Sequence record: LC727695.1 | Strand: one strand, 5' to 3' | DNA: 64,000 bases | In this document: piece after piece, positions 24,639-33,980 of the stretch | How positions within the stretch are numbered: position 1 is the first letter of the stretch | How the letters are laid out: each line of letters opens with the position of its first letter | Notes under the pieces: model-generated | Seen by the model: the letters and a program-made list of their open reading frames with translations, nothing else | Databases searched by the model: none | Told to the model about the DNA's origin: nothing | Made by a program: the position numbers and the translations under genes

Positions 24639-25506
24639 CTATGCTATTTAAAATCTTTTTAGCTTCATTTTCCATAATAGATCGTTCAATATTGTTAGAT
24701 GTGAAATCATCTATAATACCCATTACCGTTCTACTAATTTCATTCTGTTCAGTATTTGAAATTAATACCAATCCGACAATTTCTTTAGCAACTTCAATAG
24801 GCGTCATAGCATCTAATGGGCCAAATGAAATTTGTAATAGGTCATCAATATTCCTTTTACCAACACGTAATCCTGCATTAACTAGTTCCATAGCTAACTT
24901 AAATGATGCGCGCGTATGAATACGAATAAGGCGATTAATTAAATTAATCCGTTCAACATTACTTACATTGCCATATGCTTGACCACGGGTAGTAAGTACT
25001 GACTGAATAAATGATGTAATATTACTAATAAGTGTTGGCGATACACTTTCAATTAAGTCAATGATATTTAAGAAATCTACACTTGTATCAATAAGTTCTA
25101 CCAGATGCGCTAATGTCTCTTCGGGTGAATATTCAGCTAACAGAATATCATTCACTTCATCTGGAATAATGTAATCTTCTAAACTAAGGAGTGTATTAAC
25201 AACAGCTTGCCGCTCAGCCTGAGTTGCTTCATCACTAATTTTAATAAGATGCTCATTTAGAATTTCATCTTGTGCAATGCGAATGATATCATCAATGCGA
25301 GAAAGAAGCATTGCATTATCTGAGATACCTGATTGAATCTGACATACTGTATTTAGTTCATCTAGAGCTGCAACATAATTAATCTTTTCAAAAGATGCTA
25401 CGCAGTCTAGGATAACTTCTTTACGCTCTTCATGTATAAGAGGCGTAAGATAACTATCAATGAAATCTTTCATGACGATATCCTTTTTATACGGAATTAT
25501 TAACAT
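24616..25506 (-). CDS. Conserved virion/hypothetical protein (gp79-like)
   Basis: Helical ORF; likely start is the ATG at 25473 (MKDFID). Confidence 0.6.
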   Translation of the reverse strand: MLIIPYKKDIVMKDFIDSYLTPLIHEERKEVILDCVASFEKINYVAALDELNTVCQIQSGISDNAMLLSRIDDIIRIAQDEILNEHLIKISDEATQAERQAVVNTLLSLEDYIIPDEVNDILLAEYSPEETLAHLVELIDTSVDFLNIIDLIESVSPTLISNITSFIQSVLTTRGQAYGNVSNVERINLINRLIRIHTRASFKLAMELVNAGLRVGKRNIDDLLQISFGPLDAMTPIEVAKEIVGLVLISNTEQNEISRTVMGIIDDFTSNNIERSIMENEAKKILNSIGDTNEIT

Positions 25507-25541
25507 AGGGTTGGACAGATAGTTATTCTTTAATATAGTGT

Positions 25542-25550
25542 AAAATTACC
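25542..25550 (+). promoter_or_regulatory. Candidate middle promoter AAAATTACC
   Basis: Matches the recalled phiKZ middle-promoter consensus (AAanntTAC), upstream of the plus-strand operon at 25644. Confidence 0.4.
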
Positions 25551-25643
25551 AAATGTGTTAAATATATGTTGAACTAATCATTTTTTCATTTGTCAATTTA
25601 TATTGGCAAATATTAAATTAAGCCTCTATCGGAGTATAACAAG

Positions 25644-26138
25644 ATGTCAAATAAAGCTAAAGAACCAACTCTAACTAAAGAACAGGAAAAGACTCTACGT
25701 CTATTTGAACGTGCAGTTGGAGCATCAGCTGCCGCAGCTGATCATATTCTTAACCGTGATGGTTGGGATGTTGTCAATGTACTAGCAGGTTCCGTAGGTA
25801 AACGTATTCTACAAACTGAAGTATTCATTAATCCAGTTATCAATAAGATCAATGAAATCATTCCGACGTTATCTGATCCTACTGGATTCCAAAAGAACCT
25901 ACAAACAGTTATTGCTGACCTTAATCGACTAACTAAAATTATCAGTGTCCTATATGCACAACATCAAGGTAAGGCTGGTCCAGCAAATAATGAAGATGAA
26001 CTAAAACTCATCAGTGAACTTGTTACTAAATACACTGGTATTGAAGGTGCTATTGAACGCGGTATTGATGGTGTAATCCTAGCGATGATCGGCACTCTTC
26101 GAGAAGCTGGTTGGGACGAAAAACTAATTCAACAATAA
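25644..26138 (+). CDS. Hypothetical protein (gp78-like)
   Basis: 164 aa ORF with GGAG ribosome-binding site. Confidence 0.65.
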   Translation: MSNKAKEPTLTKEQEKTLRLFERAVGASAAAADHILNRDGWDVVNVLAGSVGKRILQTEVFINPVINKINEIIPTLSDPTGFQKNLQTVIADLNRLTKIISVLYAQHQGKAGPANNEDELKLISELVTKYTGIEGAIERGIDGVILAMIGTLREAGWDEKLIQQ

Positions 26139-26149
26139 TGGAGTTTTAA

Positions 26150-27751
26150 ATGGCTACTGCTGACTTCGATAATGAGTACGATGATACTCCAGAAGAGAAT
26201 TTACTAGATCAAATTGATGAGATCAATGCGCAACACGATCCTGACTCTAGTATTGAAAATAATGACGAGGTGGAAACTCCACCTTTCGTTCCTGATCAAA
26301 AAGAAATTAAACTACGTATTCCACGTAATGCTAAAACTGGAAATATCCGGGATGCTTCTGAACCGGCTATTAAAGATAGTGCTAGCATTCTTACTTTACT
26401 ACGTGAGAATCCCCAGACTGTTTATAATTTCCTGGATCACAATAAAGAACTATTTAAAGCATTTGCTGATAATAAAGTAGATGACACTAGTGACGGTGTA
26501 AAGTGGACAGCTGCTATTCTGGAAGGCTTAGCTCACTCTATTGTTGAAGATGCACCAATCGGTGCAACTGCCCGAGAAGGTTCTGAATGGTCTAGTGAAA
26601 TTCCTTATGGTGAAAAGATCATTCGACCTGGCCGACCTGTATTTAATACCAATGGTCGTAAAATGACCGATGATGAAACTCTAGTTTTCCTAACACGTAA
26701 AGCTAACATCGGTACGCCATATGATACTTTCCTACCTCATTCAGGTATTTGGGTAAAACTACGTGCACCTACTGGTACTGAAGTAGCTGCCCTACAAGCA
26801 CGTCTAGCACAATTAAAGATCCGGCTAGGCGCTGAATCAAAAGGTATGCTGTTCTCAAACATGGCAGCTGTGTTACTTAACATGGTTAGTAGTTTAGCAC
26901 TTGCATGTGTTATTCAATCCAACTATAAGTTCAACACCCCAACTGATCTAGAGCATGTTATCTCAGTAGCTGATGAGCCGTTCTTGCATCACGCACTAGC
27001 GGCGACTATGTATCCAGATGGATTTAATTATAGTTATCCATGCATTGCAGATGCCAATACATGTAACCATATTGAAACAGCGAAACTTAATATGTCAACG
27101 CTTGTTCAATATGATCTACTGGCATTCTCAGAAGAACAAAAGAAATATATTGCACGTAAGTTTAATGCATGTACTGAATCTGATCTTAAGACTTATAAAG
27201 AAGGATTCCGTATTGAAACTCAAGTAACTGAAATGTTTGGTGACGTTGGTGTTGTTCTTGAGATGTGTACAATTGCTGATCGCCGAGAGTCTGGTGATAG
27301 TTGGATTAACTCAATTATCGATATGACTCAAGGTAGTTTTAATGAACCAGTCGATGGTCCGCAACGTTCTCAGTATATTGCACGTTTACAAAAGATCTCT
27401 ATTGCCCGTCAGTTCTCACATTTTGTTAAAGAAATTAAAGTACGTGAAGATGACGATGGTGAAAGTTCTGAAGACAATATTCGTACTGCAACCACTAATC
27501 GTGAAACTATTGAAAAGTTCTTAACTAATATTCTATCCACACCGGAATATAATGACCGCTTTATTAATGCGGTGAGTAACTTCATTGATTCACAACTAAT
27601 TGGAATGATTGCAATTACAAGTTGGAATTGTCCAGTATGTGAGTCACCTGCTGCTACTAAATTTAAAGAACGTTTCCCACACTTAATCCCTATTGACATG
27701 CTGTCAACTTTTTTTACTTTGGCGGCCTCGAAGTCAAACCGGATGGTGTAG
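26150..27751 (+). CDS. Probable tail/baseplate-hub assembly chaperone (gp77-like; G-type)
   Basis: 533 aa, WVKLRAPT..E motif and C-terminal CPVC similar to T4 gp26-type chaperones; ends just after a TTTTTTT run. Confidence 0.5.
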   Translation: MATADFDNEYDDTPEENLLDQIDEINAQHDPDSSIENNDEVETPPFVPDQKEIKLRIPRNAKTGNIRDASEPAIKDSASILTLLRENPQTVYNFLDHNKELFKAFADNKVDDTSDGVKWTAAILEGLAHSIVEDAPIGATAREGSEWSSEIPYGEKIIRPGRPVFNTNGRKMTDDETLVFLTRKANIGTPYDTFLPHSGIWVKLRAPTGTEVAALQARLAQLKIRLGAESKGMLFSNMAAVLLNMVSSLALACVIQSNYKFNTPTDLEHVISVADEPFLHHALAATMYPDGFNYSYPCIADANTCNHIETAKLNMSTLVQYDLLAFSEEQKKYIARKFNACTESDLKTYKEGFRIETQVTEMFGDVGVVLEMCTIADRRESGDSWINSIIDMTQGSFNEPVDGPQRSQYIARLQKISIARQFSHFVKEIKVREDDDGESSEDNIRTATTNRETIEKFLTNILSTPEYNDRFINAVSNFIDSQLIGMIAITSWNCPVCESPAATKFKERFPHLIPIDMLSTFFTLAASKSNRMV

Positions 27752-28212
27752 TTAATGATCTGAGATATAGTCGTCTTGAGGCCACTTTCAAGGAAGATAG
27801 TGGTCACATCCTACATCCAAACTTTGGTTATGATAAGTTAACTGAAGATGATACACACTTAGATAGACTATTATCGACAGTAGGGGCAGTAAGACCGTCT
27901 ACAGCAGCACGTTTAACAAGAGAAGCATATCTACTTGATTACGATATCGGTTCACCAGAAAACGGACCCATGTGGTTAAATAAGGTAAATCCTAAAGAGG
28001 ACTTTATCGAAGGTGGGTTGAGAAGGAGACTGACTAGAGATTTCTTCAAGTATAAAGTAGGTAGCTTATCTAATATGTCATTAACTGAATTCTTTGAATT
28101 AGCTTATTCTGAGGTAGAATACATAATTGAATTATGTAGAAATATTACCCATAATGAAGCTGTTAATAACAATAACCAGTTAAATGAATTAAACAAGCCG
28201 TTAACTAAATAA
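27709..28212 (+). CDS. Start-less -1 frame extension (gp76-like; T-type chaperone C-terminus)
   Basis: Frame open from 27697 to the stop at 28212 with no ATG/GTG/TTG before 27970; reachable by -1 slip at T TTT TTT (27709-27715); contains MSLTEFF. Confidence 0.6.
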   Translation, partial: FFYFGGLEVKPDGVVNDLRYSRLEATFKEDSGHILHPNFGYDKLTEDDTHLDRLLSTVGAVRPSTAARLTREAYLLDYDIGSPENGPMWLNKVNPKEDFIEGGLRRRLTRDFFKYKVGSLSNMSLTEFFELAYSEVEYIIELCRNITHNEAVNNNNQLNELNKPLTK

Positions 28213-28223
28213 AAAAAAATAAA

Positions 28224-28259
28224 GACAGGCCCCTCTCCATGTGGAGAGGGGTTTATGTC
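28224..28259. terminator. Bidirectional terminator
   Basis: CCCCTCTCC-ATGT-GGAGAGGGG between convergent ORFs, A-tract upstream. Confidence 0.8.
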
Positions 28260-28262
28260 GCC

Positions 28263-28406
28263 TTACTTACGTGCAAAGCTAGCTACAAGACCTTTGATAG
28301 CTAGAGCGACCATCCAGGCCGTTAACCCCTTCATTGGGCGGATATCAACCCGTTCTTCGATATCCAGATTGCCCTCACTATTGATTACCTCAATTCGTAC
28401 TTGCAT
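28263..28406 (-). CDS. Uncalled 47-aa protein
   Basis: AAGGAG RBS then MQVRIEVINSEGNLDIEERVDIRPMKGLTAWMVALAIKGLVASFARK*; bounded by hairpins. Confidence 0.6.
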   Translation of the reverse strand: MQVRIEVINSEGNLDIEERVDIRPMKGLTAWMVALAIKGLVASFARK

Positions 28407-28463
28407 GGTCTACTCCTTATCAGGGTGGGATATGATATTCAAAAGTCTTTTGATATAAAGATG

Positions 28464-28500
28464 GCATATTACCCCACCAATAAAAGGCGGGGTAATATTT
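28464..28500. terminator. Stem-loop
   Basis: ATATTACCCC...GGGGTAATAT. Confidence 0.55.
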
Positions 28501-28501
28501 A

Positions 28502-28696
28502 TTAAACCATCAGATATCCTAATGGGAATAAAGCAAAGAAGCCATATAAAACAACAAGCAGTGTCTTTTGGCGAACATACCGGGATTTAATACTATCTTT
28601 ATCTAAGTCAAACTTGACATAAAGATAAATCTGATAACTTTTATATCCCATACTAGCCACAAGGGCTATTACTATAAGTTGACACAAAAAGACCAT
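28502..28696 (-). CDS. Small membrane protein
   Basis: 64 aa, two hydrophobic segments. Confidence 0.6.
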   Translation of the reverse strand: MVFLCQLIVIALVASMGYKSYQIYLYVKFDLDKDSIKSRYVRQKTLLVVLYGFFALFPLGYLMV

Positions 28697-28751
28697 AGTG
28701 GGATGCTCTTATTATTAGAGAACAATGATCAATTGTTCTTACATAGCATGT

Positions 28752-28943
28752 CTATTTAATATGCATGATTATCATATTAAATAACCACAACCCTAACATA
28801 AGGGTAAACATACTGCAAATCAAGCCACTTACAATCATTGCTTTTTGTTTGATTGTTTTAGCAGCAGCAAGAAATATAATTGAAGTTATTAATCCACTAA
28901 ATGCAATTAATAGTGGTACTAAAAATAACAATACCCGAGCCAT
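28752..28943 (-). CDS. Small membrane protein
   Basis: 63 aa, two hydrophobic segments, GAGG RBS. Confidence 0.65.
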   Translation of the reverse strand: MARVLLFLVPLLIAFSGLITSIIFLAAAKTIKQKAMIVSGLICSMFTLMLGLWLFNMIIMHIK

Positions 28944-28955
28944 ATAGACACCTCA

Positions 28956-29213
28956 TCAAAATAGATAAGTTGTACATGTCAGTGAATAGTTAGTCCAGCA
29001 ACTAACAATAGTACTTACCCATATGGTAACTAATACAATGCTTACGGAGAGAAAAAGCATAGCGTACTGGCATGCACTTTTATTAAAGATATCTTTAAAC
29101 TCAAGATATGTTTTAATAATAAATATCAGCATGCATGTTAGAAGAATATCAACTAAGATCAAAGTACTGACTAGAAGCCATGTTGCACCAAAGATCTGAT
29201 CAACTGTATACAT
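28956..29213 (-). CDS. Small membrane protein
   Basis: 85 aa from MYTVDQ (TAATG coupling), two hydrophobic segments. Confidence 0.65.
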   Translation of the reverse strand: MYTVDQIFGATWLLVSTLILVDILLTCMLIFIIKTYLEFKDIFNKSACQYAMLFLSVSIVLVTIWVSTIVSCWTNYSLTCTTYLF

Positions 29214-29278
29214 TATTTCCACTCCCATAGTTTATAAGCTATAACTACAATTGTAATCATAATCAATTTTTTCTTCAT
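29213..29278 (-). CDS. 21-aa single-pass micropeptide
   Basis: MKKKLIMITIVVIAYKLWEWK*; its TAA overlaps the next ATG; first ORF after an early-promoter motif. Confidence 0.45.
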   Translation of the reverse strand: MKKKLIMITIVVIAYKLWEWK

Positions 29279-29307
29279 TGTAAATACCCTATAGTTTTAT
29301 CACATTT

Positions 29308-29330
29308 GTGATATACTGTTTAAAATGCTT
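29308..29330 (-). promoter_or_regulatory. Early promoter variant TATATCAC
   Basis: Minus strand CAGTATATCAC with AT-rich upstream; phiKZ early consensus TATATTAC. Confidence 0.5.
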
Positions 29331-29351
29331 TAAATACAAAAAATAAAAAAA

Positions 29352-29390
29352 GCATAATCCCTCCCAACTAAGGGAGGGATCATTTATGCC
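29352..29390 (-). terminator. Terminator after helicase
   Basis: ATCCCTCCC/GGGAGGGAT with long U-tract on the minus strand. Confidence 0.8.
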
Positions 29391-29395
29391 ATTTA

Positions 29396-30934
29396 CTATA
29401 AACGCATCATGCGCATACTTTTAGTTTTACCCATGAAATGATTTTCTTTATTTCTAGCGTATCTGCAATGATGAGGTATGTTATTACAAACCATGAATGT
29501 TAACCTTGGTATTACATCAGGCCAGTTCTTCAATGGTCTTAGTCGTCCAAGAATTTGGATGCTGTCCTTTTTAGAGTCAGTTGCTTGTAATAGAATAACT
29601 TCCCTTAAATTCCTAATATCAACACCAGTACCAGATGATTTAATAGTTGATACAGTGATATCATTAGTCATTAATCTATCATACGGACTACCCGAAACAT
29701 GTCTATTAATCTGAAGATCTGGATATTGTTTCTTAAGATAAGCTGTCAGTACATCGATAAAGTTTACAGTCGCGCATAATAGCAAACATTTCTGACCTTC
29801 AATACGATCCTTTATATAAACGCCATCTACAATACGTTTAACCATCTTTAAATAGAAGTCTAGTCGCCTAGGATTCTTCATCATTACTGTTTCATAACGA
29901 GCATGGTTATATGTATTTTTAAATGGAGTTAAATAGTCCTTAGGTTTAATAGTTGGTTCACTATATAACAAGCCAATAACATTGATGTATGAGTCATATG
30001 CAGGTAACCTACACTTTGTAGTGGCAGGTAGCATGACATCAATCATTTTAGTAACAAACTGATTACCAGTGTATGGAGTAGCTGATAAATAGATTTGTTT
30101 ATTGACATTGGTATATAGATCAGTACGAAATACTAATCCTGGATCTTCTTGAATCTCATCATTGATCTGCCAACCTGCTCCAATAACCTCATGGAATCTA
30201 GGTGGTGGTACATTAAATCCAACTACATCGATTTTTTCACCTAATCGTTCAAAAGTATCGATATATGCACGGTATGTTGTAGAACTAATGAGAATAATTT
30301 CAACACCCTCTAAATCATTCTCTAGTCCGCGATTAATTAGATTCTGTAACTCAGCAGATCCAGATACTTTTAAATATTTTATACCTAGCTGATCTTCATA
30401 ACCAACAAATGTTTCTTTTAATGCTTTCTCCCAAATACCGAAATATTTAGGTGGAATCATAACAACACCACGTTCTTTCATTACTGCAACTGAAGCTAAA
30501 CTAGTTAAGGTTTTACCTTTACCAGTCTGTAAATCAACACGTGCTGAATGTAAATGTGGTCTTAGAATATCTTCGCGGATGGTTTCCTGATAATCCCTTA
30601 GAACATAATGTTCAAATAAAGTATAGTCTACTTTAACAGCTGTTGGTACAGGAATATCTACAATTTCAATTCTAGTAGATGGTATATTCTTATCGGCTAG
30701 ATAATTAATAAGTTCTTGAAGACATTCACGATGGATGAATACAGATTTACCATCTTCTGTTTCACCATAATATTTTTTCTTTATTTCCATTATGGTGCGT
30801 TGACCAGGTATCTTCTTAGGTTCTTTTAAAACCAGTTTATTAAGATATCCAGTCATCTTTAAGTATGTTTCCCGATCGTAACCGGATAAACGAACACCAT
30901 GGGTGTATCGTTCTGCTGTAAGAATCGGTTTCAT
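29396..30934 (-). CDS. Superfamily 2 helicase (gp75-like)
   Basis: Walker A LQTGKGKT, DEIQ, LSATP, motif VI QILGRLRP; start MKPILTA at 30934. Confidence 0.85.
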   Translation of the reverse strand: MKPILTAERYTHGVRLSGYDRETYLKMTGYLNKLVLKEPKKIPGQRTIMEIKKKYYGETEDGKSVFIHRECLQELINYLADKNIPSTRIEIVDIPVPTAVKVDYTLFEHYVLRDYQETIREDILRPHLHSARVDLQTGKGKTLTSLASVAVMKERGVVMIPPKYFGIWEKALKETFVGYEDQLGIKYLKVSGSAELQNLINRGLENDLEGVEIILISSTTYRAYIDTFERLGEKIDVVGFNVPPPRFHEVIGAGWQINDEIQEDPGLVFRTDLYTNVNKQIYLSATPYTGNQFVTKMIDVMLPATTKCRLPAYDSYINVIGLLYSEPTIKPKDYLTPFKNTYNHARYETVMMKNPRRLDFYLKMVKRIVDGVYIKDRIEGQKCLLLCATVNFIDVLTAYLKKQYPDLQINRHVSGSPYDRLMTNDITVSTIKSSGTGVDIRNLREVILLQATDSKKDSIQILGRLRPLKNWPDVIPRLTFMVCNNIPHHCRYARNKENHFMGKTKSMRMMRL

Positions 30935-30992
30935 AAAAAAATCAACGATCGGTAAGGGGAGCAGTGCTCCCCAAACCTCACGTCCTCCACGT

Positions 30993-33026
30993 CTATCGCA
31001 GTTTACCACCTTTAACTAGTAAGTCATATGGATGGTCATTCCTCATCTTGTTAAGGAAACTGCCTGGGTTATTTAGTGGCTCATGCTGCTTTTCGAAAGC
31101 CATCGCACCACCTAAACTACGACATTGCATTAGCCTATTATATTTTTCAAATTGGCCATTAATACCGGGTTTAGGTAAGCGATAGTCTCGATATTGAGCT
31201 GAACGGATCATCATAGCGTATATCAAGATCTCACAATGGGAAATATTAAGGCTAATCTTTTCATTAGCCATTGTTGCAAATACAGGTAGTGCTTCAATTG
31301 GTGACTTGTAGTTTTTAAGATACGTTTTAGACGTATATCCAACTTTCTCAGTGCTTAGTTTACCTGCCTCGGCTGAGTCACTACCGGAATGTAAGAAACT
31401 TTGGAATCGTTTCATTACTTCATACATGTTTACGTGCTTATTTGGTAGCGTTAAGAATGGTAGGTTAAAATCAAAACCACGAAGACTAATGACGATATTG
31501 TCTCGCTGATCTAGTTCCCAACGGACCATCTTAATATGCTTTAGCATTTCAATAGATAGACTAGCCCTACGGTTATACAGCGACACAGTCAGAACATCAC
31601 CACATTCACCATTCACCTCATCATCATAGACTAGGGCCAGGCTGGTTAGTTCAGTAGCTGAAGTAGCTGGATATGCAGTAAGGTCATCAATCATTAAAAT
31701 GTCAGCAAGGTTTTCTGCCTCTGACCGTGCGATTACTAAACGATAATCCTTCTGAGTAAGTTCTTTCTTTAGATATAGTGTCTCTGGGATTTCACCTGTT
31801 CTTAAATAATTACTTTCAATTTTGCCAAGTTTATATTGTTCTACAGCAGAAGACGCATCGGTGTGTTTAGTAGACAATACTGCTGAAGTAATTTTGTCAC
31901 CCATCGATACGGCAGCAACCTGACCGATATTAGTTCCTTTTGGAATATTGATACCTAGTCGGCCATAACAAGTCATACAGATACCCTGACTATCTGGATG
32001 ATTACATCCAAATACAGACCTGAATTTCTGTTTAGTTCCAATTAGGTGTGTTTCATTTCCATGGATCCAGTCTAGTTTACCATCTTCTTTTTGATAATAT
32101 TTTCCTTTGAATGCTTTTAAAGTTAACTTAGTTACAGGATACTCAGCTAAGATTGTGGTCTTACAATCACCAGGATGTAGCCTTTGGACATATTGTGCAA
32201 TAAGCTGAGATTTCCGGTTAAAGTATTCAGTTACTCGCAGTAGTTCTTTGTTATATAGTAGCGCTTTAGTACCTGAACGAGATTCAATCATATTCTCATA
32301 CAGATTCCAAATACCATCAATATAACCAGTTGTTACCGGATATTTAAAGATATCTGAGTTAATGTCAGTTGGAAAGCCCCGCCAAGCAAATGCTTGTAGA
32401 AGCTGTTCAGTTTTCTGAGTACCAGAACGAAGACCTTCAATGATGCTGTTACCAATGAATTGGGTAGGATCATTAAATACTTCTTTGACTTTACCATAAC
32501 TAATTTTTTCGATACCATAAGTAGTTGGTTCGATATTATGGTTAGCCTCACGTACCTTGGGATGATTATATACTTCAGCAATATCAAACATCGACAAGGT
32601 TGCTAGATATTCAGACAGTTTCACAGTGGTCTGATTATACAGCCAGTTCTTACCTTCAATAGCCAGTTTAGATAGTACTTCAGGATCTACTGTTTCACCT
32701 GACCAATCATAGATGTTCCAAATAGCCTTATTTAAATGCTTAACCATGGCCTTAGATGTTACTCGGCCACCTTCAACATTTAGATAATCTTTAGGGTTAT
32801 CAGTTAAGATGCGATTGAAATCGATATGGTGATCAGATGGAATTGGGCAATCTTTATAATGTTTAAGAGGATACCAACACAGAACGGATAATTTGGTAAT
32901 ACGGTCAACTGACACAACCGTTTTACCATCATCAAATTCGATTAGATGCCATTCTGAAGGGAGTGACCATAAATCATCATAACTTAGATTTAGAAGATCA
33001 CGCGCTTTATAACGATTAAGATTCAT
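30993..33026 (-). CDS. Non-virion RNA polymerase beta-prime C-terminal subunit (gp74-like)
   Basis: 677 aa, RSGTKALL bridge-helix region, GDC...VFGC...GICMTCYG zinc site, NIGQVAA...SAVLSTKH trigger loop. Confidence 0.9.
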   Translation of the reverse strand: MNLNRYKARDLLNLSYDDLWSLPSEWHLIEFDDGKTVVSVDRITKLSVLCWYPLKHYKDCPIPSDHHIDFNRILTDNPKDYLNVEGGRVTSKAMVKHLNKAIWNIYDWSGETVDPEVLSKLAIEGKNWLYNQTTVKLSEYLATLSMFDIAEVYNHPKVREANHNIEPTTYGIEKISYGKVKEVFNDPTQFIGNSIIEGLRSGTQKTEQLLQAFAWRGFPTDINSDIFKYPVTTGYIDGIWNLYENMIESRSGTKALLYNKELLRVTEYFNRKSQLIAQYVQRLHPGDCKTTILAEYPVTKLTLKAFKGKYYQKEDGKLDWIHGNETHLIGTKQKFRSVFGCNHPDSQGICMTCYGRLGINIPKGTNIGQVAAVSMGDKITSAVLSTKHTDASSAVEQYKLGKIESNYLRTGEIPETLYLKKELTQKDYRLVIARSEAENLADILMIDDLTAYPATSATELTSLALVYDDEVNGECGDVLTVSLYNRRASLSIEMLKHIKMVRWELDQRDNIVISLRGFDFNLPFLTLPNKHVNMYEVMKRFQSFLHSGSDSAEAGKLSTEKVGYTSKTYLKNYKSPIEALPVFATMANEKISLNISHCEILIYAMMIRSAQYRDYRLPKPGINGQFEKYNRLMQCRSLGGAMAFEKQHEPLNNPGSFLNKMRNDHPYDLLVKGGKLR

Positions 33027-33049
33027 TATTTACCTCTTGTATTATTAAA

Positions 33050-33070
33050 CCCCTGATCAATGATCAGGGG
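33050..33070 (-). terminator. Palindromic hairpin over the nvRNAP beta stop codon
   Basis: CCCCTGATCA-A-TGATCAGGGG. Confidence 0.45.
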
Positions 33071-33980
33071 CATATTCTAATGCAATACCACTACATTCAA
33101 GCAGGTGATCAAACATAGCTACTGGGCGAGATCCACCAAATGGAATCTTTTCACGATCAACTGCAACTGGTACAGATGAAGGTTTTTCTGCTGTTAGCCA
33201 AGACTCGATAACCGCAGCATGCGCCAATGGGTTATTAGTTTGGTCTAAGATTTCAGCAGTCGGACCTGGACCAACTGTACAGTTATATGACCGAGTTTCA
33301 GATTCACCGAATGACCGGATAGCTGTTTCTCGACCAGGTGTGCTAGCCCTATCAGCATTGTTTAACTTAGAAGGTAGACCAAATGGTTGTGTTTTTACAG
33401 ATGCTGCTGCTGACCAGTCTTCACCAATCTTTTCTAGTAGCATCATGTAAAGTGGACCCATTAAGACATTATCTTTAGTTGTTACCCACTTACCAGCTTG
33501 ATCTCGATAAGATACCTTCCCATAGTGTGGTCGATACTTATCGCTATTAATTAATTTGTTGACTGCTGCCATTAGATCCACTGGATCATCAACTGGTGCG
33601 TAGATATATGGGAATCCATCCATTAGTACTGTTTTAACATGTTCTGCTGGATTTGGGTGTTCCATCATTTTACTATGCATTGTTGGAGCAATGATCTCAT
33701 AGAAACCTAATAGTTCTTTAAATGCATAATCAACCCATTGCGTATTACCCATTACACTATTTAGTTGTTGCTGGGTTGGTTTGGCATGTCGATCTAGTCC
33801 AGCTTCAACGCGTAGGCGTTGAGCTAGATCTCGTGCAGCTGCGCCAAAACCATGTTCATAAATTCGACCATAATTTGAACGACGCATGGTTGAACCACCA
33901 AAGATAATTAGATCTGCCCTATTACCATTTTCGTCAATAGGCATATCTTCATCTTCCATTACCTTACAGATGACGCCCTT
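33057..33980 (-). CDS. nvRNAP beta C-terminal subunit, exon 2 (gp73 part of gp71-73)
   Basis: Begins KGVICKVMEDEDMP...RADLI; contains GPLYMMLLEK and SFGESE (beta GEME-like). Confidence 0.9.
   Translation of the reverse strand, partial: KGVICKVMEDEDMPIDENGNRADLIIFGGSTMRRSNYGRIYEHGFGAAARDLAQRLRVEAGLDRHAKPTQQQLNSVMGNTQWVDYAFKELLGFYEIIAPTMHSKMMEHPNPAEHVKTVLMDGFPYIYAPVDDPVDLMAAVNKLINSDKYRPHYGKVSYRDQAGKWVTTKDNVLMGPLYMMLLEKIGEDWSAAASVKTQPFGLPSKLNNADRASTPGRETAIRSFGESETRSYNCTVGPGPTAEILDQTNNPLAHAAVIESWLTAEKPSSVPVAVDREKIPFGGSRPVAMFDHLLECSGIALEYAPDH

Noticed and set aside
27970-28212. Stand-alone 80-aa gene
   Set aside because: Frame is open 91 codons further upstream to the slippery site and the RBS is weak; treated as a frameshift extension, though independent initiation is not excluded
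30935-31009. N-terminal 25-aa extension of the helicase in the ORF track
   Set aside because: Overlaps the upstream stop and crosses a GC hairpin; ATG at 30934 is more plausible
33057-33959. Separate 300-aa RNAP gene starting MEDEDMP
   Set aside because: It is exon 2 of the intron-split beta subunit; the upstream KGVICKV belongs to it
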